In this document: piece after piece, positions 24,935 through 39,147 of the stretch
How positions within the stretch are numbered: position 1 is the stretch's first letter
How the letters are laid out: every line of letters begins with the position of its first letter
Origin: Octopus vulgaris
Lineage: Eukaryota
Length of the DNA: 64,000 nucleotides
Reading direction: 5' to 3'
Assembly (NCBI GenBank): GCA_951406725.2
Contig: OX597828.1
Location: 69,130,001 to 69,194,000, forward strand
Program-made: the position numbers and the translations under genes
Notes under the pieces: generated by a model
Told to the model about the DNA's origin: nothing
What the model saw: the letters and a program-made list of their open reading frames with translations, nothing else
Database searches by the model: none

Positions 24935-26763
24935 TTCGTTTTCTACACATTTTTTTACAACTAATAAACAGTTTTTTGTTTTTTTGGTAACCAGGTGTTA
25001 AACTATATAATAACCGAAAGAATCAAGTCCTATGTCTGTCTGTATGTAGAGTGTGTCTGCGGGTGTGAGTCGGTATTTTCCTTGTCTTCACCTGCGGTCC
25101 ATAACGGTGTCGTTTGCTTGCAGTCCACCATGAAAACATGACCAGGCTTCTTGACATGTGCGATCTTTGTAAACAAACGGCTCATTCATCCCATCCGTCA
25201 TTTGTTTCCAGTTCTCCGCTTAACCATGTCCAGGTTGTTCGAGGTTCAATAGACTGGGGAATTATAATCTTGCTTGGAAGCAGCTGAGGGTTGATGCCAG
25301 GAAGGAAATTTGGCTTAGAAAGCTATGCCTCAATGAACACTCTCCTTGTCTATGCAAACATAGAGATCTAGACGTTACGATGATGATGATGTAAACGTTA
25401 GACACCCTCAGAGCAGGATTATCAAATAAATTAAAATCCTGACAAGCTGATGTAGAACTACATTGTGTCCTTTTTTAAGAGCAGGGTGTAGTTTGAAGGG
25501 GTGTCGGCTGCTATTTCTAGTAGATCGAGCAACTACGCAGCGGTTCCTTCGTTATAGTAAGATAGTTCCGCTTACGTGTGGCTAATCAAATGCTTAGGTG
25601 TCTTCACAATATACTGCACTGCTGGGTTAGACCTGTGGTGTGCAATGGGACAGACGATGTTGCATCGACTGAAGGTCCCTAGTTCCTAACATGCTTCCTT
25701 GGAAACATGCATGTTTTGGGGTTTAGTTGGTTCGTTGCAGTCTTGTGTTCTTAAAGATAAAAAATTGAGTTACCTGTGGCTAGCAATACTGAAATTGTTT
25801 AGATGTGTTTTGCGACATATTCAAACCCAATGAATTCTCTCTAATTAGAGGAAGGAACTACGTAACTTAAAATTACCTATTTACACCTACATAATGGGGA
25901 CTTAATAAACTTGACAAAAAAACTGCTGCATTGTTAACAAGGACAACCTTTTAGCTAGTGTCTTGTATTCCCGTATTTCAAAGACAATTAGGGAACACCT
26001 GAATTAAAATTAAACATAAACAGGTAACAAATAACCATTTATTAAAACGCACGTTACCTTTAATTAAAAATCTATGATATTTACACAGTCAACGAAGATT
26101 TACATTCAACAAACACGGTATATATATATGAGAAGAATGTAATTTGTCAAACACCATTCAAAGCAATTAAAATCGAATTTGACAAGACAAAAATACCTTG
26201 CGGTATTTAGTTCCAGATCTTTACGTTCTGAGGTCAAACCTCGCCATGGGAAACTTTGCTTCACATCAATCTTGGGGTCGACAAAGTACCAGTCAAGCAC
26301 TGGTGTTGTTGGTGTTGGGAGTGATATAATCAACTAAGTGCTATCCAAAAATTTGCTTCTTGTCTCTATATTTGAAATCAATATTTCCTTGGACAGGCAG
26401 AATTGTTAGAACTGAAAATAAGGTGCCTTGAGGTGTTTTAACTCCAACCCTTTAAGTTCCGAGTTCAAATCTCGCTGGCGTCGGCTTTCGGCATCCGGAG
26501 TCGATAAAATAAGTAACTGTCAAGCACTGGCGTCGATATTATCGACCATACTTTGACTAAAAATTCAGGACCTTGTCCCCAAGTTCGAAATAAAGATATG
26601 TTCCCATCCTGGAAGGTGTCAAGGTGTGTTGTAGGCTGTTAAAAGCAGACGATGAATGACAAAACAGGACATGGTGTTGGCTTCGTATCAAACAAAACCA
26701 ATAAAAATGCCCTCAAATTAACAAAAATCATTCAATTATTTTTATATTTTCGGTTACACTTAC

Positions 26764-26868
26764 CTTTCTACATGATTTATAAACAGTTGCATAACTCCCG
26801 CTGCCAAGTTTCTCGGCAAATATATAATCCTTTAGTTTCGGTGTCGAATTTAGCATCGGTTTAGCCAT
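26764..26868 (-). CDS. ULK3: ULK3-like Ser/Thr kinase, coding exon 1 (start codon, Gly-rich loop)
   Basis: The reverse strand reads ATG..MAKPMLNSTPKLKDYIFAEKLGSGSYATVYKSCRK followed by a GTAAGT donor. It is 105 nt, phase 0, contains GxGxY and joins exon 2 in frame. It is not in the ORF track. Confidence 0.93.
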
Positions 26869-27000
26869 TTGACGACCGTCCTTAGTAGTTCTGCAGTCTG
26901 CAGACAACTACCACGAAGAAAATAGGAAGGCAGCGGAGGAAAAAAAAAATGTTATATCAACAATTGAAAAGTTAAGTTATAATTTTTTTTTGGTAAAGGT
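26869..27000 (-). promoter_or_regulatory. Probable 5'UTR / promoter region of ULK3
   Basis: Non-repetitive sequence with several CpGs immediately upstream of the ULK3 ATG. The TSS cannot be determined from sequence. Confidence 0.4.
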
Positions 27001-27232
27001 AAGAGACGTGAACATCATCTATTTTTGGAATTAGGAAATTATAAAACAAAATTTTTTCAGGGTGCCAAATTTATCTTCCTGATTGCCTCTACATCCGTTC
27101 AATTTGGTCCCTCTTCTAATTCTTCACCCTGCGGAATCAGTCCCCTGTGAAGGGATCGGTGTCTAAGTTCGAATCCTTTTGAGCACTACTAAATATCTTC
27201 TATGCTGAGAATCTCTGGACCTCATCTGTGGC

Positions 27233-27267
<35 letters not shown>

Positions 27268-28619
27268 GTATATCTTCTTTAAAAAATGGATTTATTCATT
27301 CGAGGCAGAGAATTAGTGGACGAGCGTATTAAGCCAACAAGTTTTCTAGGTCAATACAAACATCCTCACCTGTTAATTAACGAAACAAAAAGAAAAGAAA
27401 AAACCAAACCTGTTGGGTGTTGACAACTGTGTAGAAAACGAATATGGGAAAATAAATTGCGCAAACGATCCTGAGGATGGAGAGGACTTTCGGAAAATTC
27501 ACAAGATCCGATTTTTCCCTTGTAACTTTCAGAAAAATAGATATATAATTGATATTTTTTTTTTACGGAATCCCACGTTTTCGTCCATGGAGAATCCGAT
27601 TCGGAAGAGAAATTGTTTGTATAATTTCAATTTAATATATATATATATATATTTATTTATTTACTTGGAAGTGGATGCGTGTCGTTCGATCATATGATAA
27701 CAAAATAATAAATAAAACATGCATATATACATACATATATGTACATACCTACATCTATATGTATATATACATGCATATATGGGTACAGGACACCAAAAAA
27801 AAACGCAGAACACAATGAGAAACGAAAACATAAACACAAAACCATAATACATATAGATGTAGGTATGTACATATATATATGTATGTATATATGCATGTTT
27901 TATTTATTATTTTGTTATACATACATACATATATATATACATATATATATACACACCCAACCCCCTCTTAATTCTACGGCCTTGGCCTTCAAGCGGACTA
28001 TCCACATGCTAGAAATAACAGCCAAATTTCAGAAAATCGGATCTTGTGAATTTTCCGAAACTCCTTCCACCATCGCCAGGTTCGTTTGCGCAATTTTCTT
28101 TTCATATTCGTTTTCTACATAGTTGTTAACACCCAAAAGACTGTTTTTTTCCTTTTTTCGTTAATGGGTGAGGATCTTTATATTGACCATTACGATATTT
28201 CCGGTATTTCAAGCGAATCTTATATTATTACCCTTTCACTACTCGGTAATATTTGGCTTTTTCTAAGAATTCTCCTAAGTGTTTGTTTATATTAACTACA
28301 TTTGTTTTCTCCAAATATAGAGAAACTAATTTGGATTTTAGTTACAACTATGTTTTGTTTGTAATTTGGGTAAGTTTTGTTTTTAGAAGAAATTTTAAAA
28401 TTATCCAACATCTGCTTAATTCATTACGTAAAGCAATTTTCATGCGTAAAGTTTATATTAGATCGCGGCGTACGTAAAATACGTGCACCCCACCCACTTC
28501 TAGTTTTTTCCCCCCAGAATTTTGGGACTACTTACATGCAGAGGTCCCTAAAAACTAACCCTAACCAAGCCTAAAACTAACCTCCAAAAAATCCTAACCC
28601 TAACCTCTATTTAAATAGT

Positions 28620-30440
28620 GCCAAAGTTTCTCCGGATTCTGATGTTTTAGATGTAGGAGAATACGGTTTTGCCCCAAAATCACGTTTTCAAAATTTCAAT
28701 TTTCTCTTTCTTATCCCAATTTCTTAATTTTTAACTTTTTTTGAATTTTTTTGTATATATCTACGTAGAAAAATACAGAGATTACGAATCTGGGAAACTT
28801 TTTATTTTATTTTAATTTTTCTTTAAGAACCACTCACTGCCCCTTCCCCCACCTCGCCCACCCATCACCTCCTCATTTTCAAAAAGCTAAAAAGCTCAAT
28901 GTTTCACTTTCGTTTTTATGTTTCACGCATGCGTAGAATTCTGTTGGACTAGCAGACGTCAAAAATATCAGACCCACCACCAGAAATGCTAGAAACGATA
29001 GCTAAATGACAAGATTTCTGAAAAAAACTCCCCCGCTTTCAAAAAAGCTAAAAGTGAAACATTCAGAGTTTTTTGCTTTTTGAAAGTGGGGAGGTGATGG
29101 GTGGAAGTCGGGGAAGAGAGTTTGAGTGTTTCCTGAAGAGCATGATAATAGGGCCGCCGGAAGAAAATATGATGTTGACGAAAGCAATGTCAGGTTATGG
29201 AGAAGATATAAAGATGAAATTAAACAGATGCCAAAGATAAAGAAGGCAAGAAGGCAATAATAAAGGACGTTACTGCATACATTTTTACAAACCAAGGACG
29301 TTATATAGACCTCCTTGACTCAAGTTACAGAAGGGGTGTGTATTATACACAAGGTTTAGGTTTTTCAGAGGTACAGCCCCCTAAAAATTCCCTGCGTATT
29401 ATACTCAAGGGTGGACTATACTTGAGGATTTACAGTAATCCACATAGAAAAATACAAATAGAGATATTACATCATCATCGTTTAACATCCGTTTCCCGTG
29501 CTAGCACAGGTTGGACGGTTCGACTAGGGTCTGGGAAGCCAGGTGGCTGCACCAGGCTCCAGTCTGATCTGGCAGTGTTTCTACAGCTGGATGCCCTTCC
29601 TAATGCCAACCACTCCGTGAGTGTAGTTGGTGCTTTTTACGTGCCACCAGCACAGGTGCCAGAGGAGGCTGGCAGCGGCCACGATTGGTTGGTGCTTTTT
29701 ACGTGCCACTGGCACAGAAGCCAGTCAAGGCGATGCTGGCATTGGCCACATTCGGATGGTGCTTTTTACGTGCCACCGGCACAGGTATCACAACTACTAT
29801 TTCCATTTGATATTTATTTTGATGTTGATGTACTTGACTCAATAGGTCTCCTCAAGCCCAACAGGTCACGTGCCACCAGCACAGAAATTTTTAAAATAGT
29901 TTTTCTTAAAGAAACACTCAAATCCTCATCTCCAACCTCCACCCATCACCTCCCCACTTTCAAAAAGTTAAAAACTCTGAATGTTTCACTTTTAGCTTTT
30001 TTGAAATTGGGGAAGTTTTTCCAGAAATCTTGTCATTTAGCTATTATTTCTAGCATGTCGGGTTTTCTGGTGGTGGTCTGATATTATTGACAGTTGTTAT
30101 TTCAGTAGAATTCTACGGATGCATGAAAGTGAAATAGTTTGAGTTTTTAGCTTTTTGAAAGTGGGGAGGTGATGGGTGGACGAGGTGGGGGAAGGGACAT
30201 TGTATGTTTCTTTAAGGAAAATTAAATTTAGAAAAAAGAAAAATTTCCCAGGTTCATAATCTTTGTATTTTTCTATGTGGGTTAAAAATAAATTCAAAAA
30301 AAAGTTTAAAATTAAGAAATTAGGGTGAGGAGGATGGAAATTAAAATTTTGAAAACGTGATTTTGGGGCAAAATCATATTCTCATATATTGAAAACATCA
30401 GGATCTGAAGAAATTTTGGGTAAAAAAAACTGGAAGTGGG
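28620..30440. mobile_element. Nested long inverted-repeat (foldback-type) element
   Basis: 28620-28960 is inverted at 30100-30440, and 28970-29130 is inverted at 29915-30085. It encloses a pogo fragment and a SINE. Confidence 0.6.
29130..29437 (+). mobile_element. pogo-like transposon remnant
   Basis: HDNRAAGRKYDVDESNVRLWRR (Brinker-type HTH) and terminal GACTATACTTGAGGATTTACAG|TA. Confidence 0.6.
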
Positions 30441-31402
30441 TGGGGTGTACATGATTGAGTGGAGTTCAGATCGAAGCACTTGCTAAAACCATTCATAACT
30501 TTTTTATTTTTGAAAATTTTCACAAAATTTTTTCGTTTCTGTCTTCTGCACAATGGAATTAATACATCATCATCCATCATCATCATCATCGTTTAACGTC
30601 CATTTTCCATGCTGGCATGGGTTGGGCGATTTTGACTGAGAACTGGCGAACCAAATAGCTGCACCAGGCTCCAATCTTGATTTGGCAGAGTTTCTACAGC
30701 TGGATGCCCTTCCTAACACCAACCACTCTGAGAGTGTAGTGGGTGCTTTTTGCATGCCATCGGCATGGGGGCCAGTCAGGCGGCACTGGTAACAATCTTG
30801 CTCGAATCTTTTTACACATGCCACCAGCACAGGGGCCAGTAAGGCGATGTTGGTAACGATCACGCTCGAATGGTACCCTTTTACGTGCCATGGGTACGGA
30901 AGCCAGTTGGCTGCTCTGGCAACGATCATGGTCGGATGGTGCTCTTGGTGCTAGCACGGGCACAAGTGCCAGTTATGCAATATTTTTTTTTCTTTAATAT
31001 CTTAAGCCTTACTTAATTCTAAACGTTTCCACTGTTTAATGACGTTTGTAATTGTATTGTCATTTTAGTTTCTGCTTGTATTTTATGCCCATAATATGCA
31101 GGGTTTGCTGGGGATATAATGTCAAACATGAACTTGGATAAGCAAAGCAAGAGAAAGAGATGGAATGGTCATGGCCAGAACGGTTTTGATCAGAGGCTTT
31201 TTCAGTCAGGGCTAAACTATGAGTAAGCAGTCATAACTAGTGTCATCAAGAAGCTACTTCTTGTCTCTACTCAATAACCACCAAAATGGTTCTTCAACAT
31301 TCAGAACCACTGGATAACTAATTTCCTGCTCTGCAGTTATTTCCTTCATGTTGAGACTATGAAAGCATCTTTCAATGGCAATATGACAATAGTTTAATTT
31401 AA

Positions 31403-31441
<39 letters not shown>

Positions 31442-31534
31442 GAGATAAAATTGGTAACTGGGGCAAAATGAGCTTTTCATTAGGTGAGTATTTGTTGGGA
31501 ACTAAAATACTTTATAACTCGGATGAGGAAGGTC

Positions 31535-33660
31535 AGTCTTTAAGAAGCAAGGTGAAAGTACATCAGCTGATGAACCTGCAGCAGCAGAATTTCCTGTGAC
31601 ATTGAAGAAGATCATCGAAGAAAACGGGTTTTTTCCCACACAAATATTCAACATAGTTAAGACTGGATTGTATTGGAAGAAACTGCAGGTTCATTCATTC
31701 ATTTCCAAGGAAGAGAAAATAATTCCCGGCTACAAGGTCTCAACAGAACGTGTGACTATAATGTTGGGTGGTAATTGTGTAGGAGATTTTAAACTAAAGT
31801 CATTGCTTGTGTATCATGCACACAAGCCCTGAGCCTGAAGAACATACCCAAGGCATCTTGTTATATGGACGGCTGATTCAAAAGTGTGAGTTACTGTTGT
31901 TATTTTTGAAGAATTTATCCCAGCAGCAGAGAAGTATTGTAAGAAGGGGATTCCTTTCAAGGTTTTACTTGTCTTGGATAATGCTCCTGGCCACCTGCAA
32001 AGTATTGTAGATTTTCACCCCAACGTTACCATTCTATACCTCCCTCTGAACACCACATCTCTTCTGCAACCAATAGATCGGGGAATAATTGCTATCTTCA
32101 AGCATTACTGTGTACACTGTGGCAAGAAATAGGTGCAACTGATCTTGATGAGCCCATCACACTTTGTGACTTTTGGAAGGGATACAACATCTACAAAGCT
32201 GTACAGAACATAGCAGCAGCATGGAATGATGTTCAGAGCATGGCTATGAACGGTGTATGGAAGAAGTTATGCCCACAATTTGTGAATGATTTTGAGGGCT
32301 TTGGATAGTGTTTTGGTGATGATGAACAAAGAGCTGGAAATGGATTTGGAAGAAGAGGATTTCACAGATTTATTTGAAAAAGACAAGCAGCCCCTGACGA
32401 ATGAGGATTTGAGGGAGCTTCACGAGCAACAAAATACTGTAGAAGAGCAAGTTGAACCTGAGCCATGCCACATTACCTATTTCTTTATTACCCACAAGGG
32501 GCTAAACATAGAGGGGACAAACAAGGACAGACAAAGGTATTAAGTCGATTACATCGAGACCCAGTGCGTAACTGGTACTTAATTTATCGATCCCGAAAGG
32601 ATGAAAGGCAAAGTCGACCTCGGTGGAATTTGAACTCAGAACGTAATGACAGACGAAATACCGCTCAGCATTTGGCCCGGTGTGCTAACGTTTCTGGCAG
32701 CTCGCCGCCTTTAATGCCACATTACCATTAAGAAAATGCAGTGAGCATTTACATGCATCAAAAAGGGTCTTGCTATATTCAAAACTTTGGATTCAAATGT
32801 TCAGTGCTTTTCCAAGATTATGGGAGCTTGTCATGAAGCTTTTGCTCCTTATAATGAAGCCCTTGACAAAAAGAAGACAGTTCAAGGCACTTTTGAGCAG
32901 TTCTTTGAATGTATCGAATAACAACGGGAATTACCAGAATCAACTGATGATCCTCAGCCATCTACACCTACAATGTAAACACCACCAAATTTTACATATT
33001 GGTAAATTAAAAATGGCGGCGAGCTGGCAGAAACGTTAGCACGCCGGGCGAAATGCTTAGCGGTATTTCGGCTGTCGCTACGTTCTGAGTTCAAATTCCG
33101 CCGAGGTCGACTTTGCCTTTCATCCTTTCGGGGTCGATAAATTAAGTACCAGTTACGCACTGGGGTCGATGTAATCGACTTAATACCTATGTCTGTCCTT
33201 GTTTTCCCCCTCTATGTTTAGCCCCTTGTGGGTAGTAAAGAAATAGGTAAATTTAAAATTCCTTTTTTTTTTGACTTTATTACAAAATAATAATTATTTG
33301 TTTGTAAGCTTAAAATAAGTTTTCATTAACTGTATCTTATTGAAAATACATTCATAAATAAAGTACAGTCCTGGGGAATGGCTATTAGTGATGTAAACAC
33401 CACCAAATTGTATGTATTGGTAAATCTAAAATACTTTAGGTTTTTTTTCTGTATTACAAAATAATAAACACATTTGTTTGTAAACTTAAAATAGGTTTTT
33501 ATTTACAATGTCTTATCAAAAATGCATTCATAAATAAAGTATGACACCAGGGAATGGCTATTAGCAGTTTAAGCTAAGCTAGGCCTAGCCTAGCCTATAG
33601 GTAAGTAATTCAACTTAAGTCTCCTGGAACCAGTTAACAACCTAGGGTGAGGTATACCTG
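31535..33660 (+). mobile_element. Tigger/pogo transposon, 5' truncated, with two nested SINEs
   Basis: GESTSAD..AA.EF..LKKIIEE, QIFN..TGLYWKK, RVTIMLGGNCVGDFKLK, LDNAPGH and LPLNTTSLLQP. It ends GGTATACCTG|TA. Confidence 0.85.
33015..33248 (+). mobile_element. SINE family 2 (other copies about 20928-21150 -, 32476-32711 -, 53928-54161 -, 56187-56603 +, 60366-60782 +)
   Basis: GGCGGCGAGCTGGCAGAA head, GAGTTCAAATTCC B-box and conserved GCCTTTCATCCTTTCGGGGTCGATAAA core. Confidence 0.9.
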
Positions 33661-35520
33661 TATAATCATCATAAAGTACCCTACTGATGTAGTGGAGATT
33701 ATCATTAATTTGTTGCTAAAATCAAAATGTATTTTAAGAAAATTTGAATCTTGCAATATCTCACCTTATTTTGTATTTCATCATCATCATCATCATCATT
33801 TAATGTCCGCTTTCCATGCTAGCATGGGTTGGACGATTTTGACTGTGGGCTGGCAAACCAGATGGCTGCACCAGACTTCAATCTTGATCTGGCAGAGTTT
33901 CTACAGCTGGATGCCCTTCCTAACGCCAACCACTCCAAGAGTGTAGTGGGTGATTTTACGTGCCACCGGCACAGGGGCCAGTCAGGTGGTACTGGCAATG
34001 ACCTTGCTTGAATCTTTTACACGTGCCACTGGCACAGGTGCCAGTGAGGCGACATCGGTAACAATCATGCTCGAATGGTGCCCTTTTACATGCCACGGGT
34101 ATGGAAGCCAGTTGGCTGCTCTGGCAACGATCACGCTCAGATGGTGCTCTTGGCACCTATGAAACTGATAATCAAAAATTAGATACTTGCCTCTCTAGAG
34201 CCCATAAATGCATACATACATCCCAGGTTTTGACACAAAGAGGATCTGGAAATGTGACACCAGCTCTGACTTCACAAATATTTCTCAATGTTATAAAAGA
34301 TCTTGGCATTCCTTGTGTTGTAGGAGATTTTGAAGCAGACAGTCAAATCATGCTTTTGGCTAACCAATGGAATTGTCCAGTGCTTAGCAATGATTGTGAT
34401 TTTTACATTTATGATGTAACTGGAGGATTTATAATGTCGGACAGTGTGGATTACAACCCCAAATCATTCAATGAAGAAAGTTCTGGCAAAATGTACAAGT
34501 TTTTGGAATGTCGAATTTATGTCAGCAAAAATTTCATTGATTTGTTTCCCTGGATTGAATAAAAGTTTACTGCCACTTTTTAGTACACTTTGTAGGAATG
34601 ACTATATTAGTTCCAAAGGAATATTTGATAAATCTTTTTTTTGCAATATAAAGAAAGCCCAAAATAATTTTGGCCCCCAAATTATTGATCAGAAGAAAAA
34701 TACTAAGTTCCTGTCACTTTTATATTGGCTCCATAATCAAAGTTCCCTTGAAAAAGCTATTACAAATATTTTGAATTTTCTCAAAATTACAGAGAGGAAA
34801 AAATTGCCAACATCAATAAGTAAATCAGTTCCTAGTTATATTAGTGTAGAATCTTATGTTGATTTGAAAGAATATTTTGAAACGGACAATTTAGTTTTTA
34901 AATCACCAGGTCCCAGGAAGTGTTGTCACAACTGTATTCTACCAGAACGGTTCATTCACAGATTAAAAAGATATCAACTTTCTGTATCATTTCTTAATTC
35001 AGTACGCTTATGGCAAATCATTCTAATGAATCAGATTGAACATACGAGTTATCCATCTGTCTTCTCGTATTCCACTTGCATCAGACAAGTTATTTATGGT
35101 ATTCTTAATAATGTTGAAAAAGAGTCAATTGATACATTATTTATTGAGGAGTATGACAGAGTTGGCTGTATCTATGAAAAGAAAAGAAATTTATCCAGTT
35201 TTTACCATTTCAGACTTTGGGTCTCCCCCATCACTGAGTGACATTCCATCAGCCACTTTTGATATTAAGTCCCACATTATGTCATTAACTAAGGTTAAGA
35301 CTTGAAGTTTTTAAAAGAATTTCCCGAAGAGTTGTTGCTATTACCATTGTGTATTGGGGGGGGGGGGAGAATGCTAATCCTCAAATTCATAAAGCTATGG
35401 TGACAGTTTTGGTCGTATGCAATATATATTTGTGGTTAAAAATTTCAAAGGATAAAACAGAAAAACAAAGTATTTCTTCAAAACTCATGCCGATTAAAAT
35501 TTCAGAGGTATTTTAGTGAT
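33661..35520 (+). pseudogene. ASTE1: Asteroid homolog (ASTE1-like, XPG/PIN nuclease fold) pseudogene
   Basis: Motifs SGDY, CNISPYFVF, DFEADSQI, CPVLSNDCDFYIYD, LLPLFSTLCRNDY, IRQVIYGIL and EEYDR. In-frame stops and a frameshift occur near 33685-33745, with further frameshifts near 34550 and 35180. A SINE is inserted at 33779-34157 and the 5' end is replaced by a Tigger-like element. Confidence 0.85.
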
Positions 35521-36135
35521 AGGTGTAGGACTAAGTTAGCTCCCTTTACATACAAAAGAGTTATCTCCCTGTTTGTTGGATTTTGCAGCCTCTAGTATTT
35601 GTTGAATGTTTACAACAAATACTAGAAGCAGAAAAGTCAAACACCAAGAAATTTTATTTGTCGTTAAATCCAGATGTATTATTCGAGTGAAAGATCCACA
35701 TTATTATTGATGAATGCCACTTCTATAAAAATAAAACAAGACAAGACATAAAATAAGTTCCAGAGGCTCTTGTTTTCCCCTAGCACCAGCCTAATCAAGC
35801 AGATATATGATTAAAAGCTTTCCAAATGTGACCACCCTTTTTTTTAGGACTCCATTATCCAGCGTGTTTTATTTTGTCAAATTTCTAGGGCAGTGGTTCT
35901 GAATTTTTCTAACTTCGTGGTATTTTGGAGATCAAATAAAAACATTACTGGTTCACTGTGTGTTAAAGCAAACAACAAAAGACACTGAATGAATTTAAAT
36001 ACGAGACGACCTTCGCCATGAGAGTAAACTGTGGAACTGTATAATTAATAGTTAGTTCACTACTTCTGATTCTCGCTGTGTTGTGCATGAAATATTAAAA
36101 AAAATAAAAACACACAGAAAATTATAACATGCCTT

Positions 36136-36546
36136 GGATCTTTTCGGTTTGACCGGCAGTTTTTTTAAATAATTTCCACGTAACTAAACAATTTTAAACT
36201 TCGTATACTGGTAGAATGTGTTTATAAGACATCTTTTCCTCTTGGCTTTATTGAGAAAATTCTATAGTTTGTAAGATATTTATTGCTTTTTTTCTTCAAT
36301 TTCTGTAATTTCAACCAATCAATGACGTCTATTGAGGTGAAAATATTCTGTGCCGTATGAATATGTCCCTCGTTTAAGAAACAGATTGGGTTTATTTACA
36401 TTTCTGAAGAAAAGAAAGATACCCTCCCCCCACCCCTAACCCTAAAACAGATTGAAATGCAATAGATCGATACTAGGGTCATAATTATGGGTGACAATTT
36501 CATATAACACTGCTAGAAAAAACTGCCGGTCAAACCGAAAAGATCC
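36136..36546. mobile_element. MITE (TIR GGATCTTTTCGGTTTGA), copy 1
   Basis: About 30-bp TIRs, flanks CATGCCTT/CATACCTT, internal CCCTAACCCTAA. Confidence 0.8.
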
Positions 36547-36674
36547 CATACCTTGCTTTATTATTCTTAATTGTATGTGGCGAAATTATGAATTACACCC
36601 TTTTCAAGATACTCCATTCATACAAAATTTCTAAAACTATAAACTATATTTAAACCAACAAGGAAGAATTTTGC

Positions 36675-37360
36675 CCAGACCTTAGTATAATTCGTCCTTC
36701 CGGCAGCAATCGGTCTTCTCCGTTACATCTCATATTTAAATGATCTGGAGACTGGTGCCTGTGCAGTGATTACAGACGTTTCAATGCCATTACAGTGCCA
36801 GACCATTATCCGGTCCCCAACAGGTACTATTTTCCTGCCTCTTCGCACAGTTGCACGATTTTCTCAAAAATCGATTTGGGATATGCCTATAAACAAATTC
36901 TTATCAACCTCATGGGCATTCCTAAAACTGTTACCACCACTCCTTTTGGGTTATTTGAATGTTTTGGGGATTACATAACGCCGTTAGCACCTTTCAACGA
37001 TTTATGGATGAAGTCGCTTGTGGTTTGAATTTCGTTTTTACCTATACTGATAAAATATTGATAGCGAGTTCTACAAAAGAATCCTTGGAACATCTGCTAC
37101 AACTTTCTACATGCCTGTTGCAATACAAGGTTGCAATTCAATCTCAGTAAATGCCTTTTTGGTGTTTCTTCTCTTACTTTTCTCGGACATACTATTGATA
37201 AAGATGCTATACGTCTTTTGCCATCTAAAGTGGAAGCTATTCGCAATTTCCCTATTCCTCATTCCTTATGAAAACTACGAGAATTTCTTGGACTGATTAA
37301 TTTTTACAGTAGATTCATTCCTCATTGTACAGAGACTGTCTGTCCTCTGACCGAACTTTT
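36675..37360 (+). mobile_element. Ty3/Gypsy reverse transcriptase remnant
   Basis: DYRRFNAITVPDHYPVP, FSKIDLGYAY, KTVTTTPFGLFE, GLHNAVSTFQRFMD and a degenerate YxDD (YTDKIL). Confidence 0.85.
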
Positions 37361-37374
37361 ATAAAACCGCAGCT

Positions 37375-37895
37375 TCAAGATGTGAGAAGAAGCAAAGGTG
37401 TCAGTAAGTGTGATATCCCAGACAAGGCATCTGACTCGCGCCCAGGGCCACAGGGTAACGCTGTCAGATCTTTAATCCAGACGGTTCCAAGATGGAGGGG
37501 ATGTTTGCCCGGGCCAAGCTCCTCTTGAGTATCCGGTTCAACTCCGTATGATGCACGAAGCAACCCGCATTCAGGCACCCAGAGAGACCATGGAGGCCTG
37601 TGGAGTGGAGGAGCTTGCCACAACGATAGATCAAACCCGTGCATACGTAAGCTCCCACTCTGAGGGCAACGGAGACACGAAGTTCGTCCAAGCTGAGAAG
37701 GACACCAACCATTAGCCACAGGGATGGCATCAATCCAGTCACCCGAGTATTTGGCGCTAGCAGACAATAAGCGGCACCTTGAAAACTGGTCTGACTGGAT
37801 GAAGAGGGAGTCGAAGGTGGCCTTCGAAATTATGTTGTTCCGAGTTTTCTGACTCCGACAGTCCTCCACCTTCACGGGAGCAGAGAAGCCCAATT
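37375..37895 (-). mobile_element. CRE-type non-LTR retrotransposon fragment (zinc knuckle + restriction-like endonuclease)
   Basis: SGDWIDAIP, ELRVSVALRVG, CGK..GLHGLSGC...HHTELN, ANIPSILEPSGL. Confidence 0.7.
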
Positions 37896-37924
37896 CCCTC
37901 CTTGTGTACATATACATACACACT

Positions 37925-37988
<64 letters not shown>

Positions 37989-38037
37989 GATATAATATAT
38001 TATAAATAATATATAAATATATGCATATATACATACA

Positions 38038-38423
38038 CTAGCAGTATCGCCCGGCGTTGCTCAGGTTTGTAAGGGAAATAACTATAAAGCATTTTTAGAG
38101 AGTTATAGCCAAAAAGTAGCAAAAAAATGGAAAAAAAATGATGGTAAATTTTTTTTTGATAGTTAAAAAAGGTGGAGTTGCGTCCCCTACAAAGTTTGTG
38201 GTTTGTGTTCCTGATTCTCGACCCCATGTAAAATTTATCGATTTTTTTCAGAACTGGGGGAACTTTTCAAAATTTTCGCTGCGTTAGTTTTGAATTATGA
38301 CATTTGGCTATGTGTGTGTCAAGTTTCATCAGAATCGGTTGAAAGCCGTGGTCAGGGTGAGGGTACAACCTGACAGACACACAGAAACACGCACAGACAA
38401 ACTGCCGTTTATATAGAGAGAGA
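38038..38423 (-). mobile_element. Non-autonomous Helitron-like element
   Basis: The minus strand starts TC(TC)TATATAAA and ends with a GC-rich hairpin-like stretch (GCAACGCCGGGCG) followed by CTAG|T. Confidence 0.6.
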
Positions 38424-38721
38424 TATATGTACATACCTACATATATATGCATATATACATACATATATGGGCACAGGACATAGAAACGTGGAACACAATG
38501 AGAAACGAAGACATAAAAGCGAAAACAAAAACATAGAAACGAACTATTTTTAAACAAAGAAAAAAAATAGAGTACAAGGCATACAACACAAGGAATATTC
38601 CCCTTCTTCAGTTGTTCCTGTTTCATCTTCTCCGCGTTCGAATGTAAGGACAAAACGCGACATCGTTGAAACAGTCCTTTTCTCAGAGCGAATTAAATAA
38701 AATTTAGAATTTTTTGCGGAG

Positions 38722-38778
<57 letters not shown>

Positions 38779-39067
38779 CGGGCGGCTTTTAAGCTAGCTC
38801 CTGTGGAGGGCTCTTCATTAGTCCTTGAGCCCCAAAATGACAATTCATGCATTGAGTACATTCTTTTATTCTTTCATTTGTTTCAGTCATCGACTGCGGC
38901 CATGCTGGAGCACCGCTTTTAGTCTAACAAATCGACCCCATGGCTTACTCTTCGTAAGCCTAGTACTTATTCTATCAGTCTCTTTTGCCGAACCGCTAAG
39001 TTACGGGGACGTAAACACACCAGCATCGGTTGTCAAGCGATGTTGGGGGACAGACACAGACCCACAA

Positions 39068-39121
<54 letters not shown>

Positions 39122-39147
39122 ACACATATATATATATATATATACAT

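Noticed and set aside
29338-30081. 247-aa ORF
   Set aside because: It is a chance read-through across a pogo end, an antisense SINE and a foldback arm.
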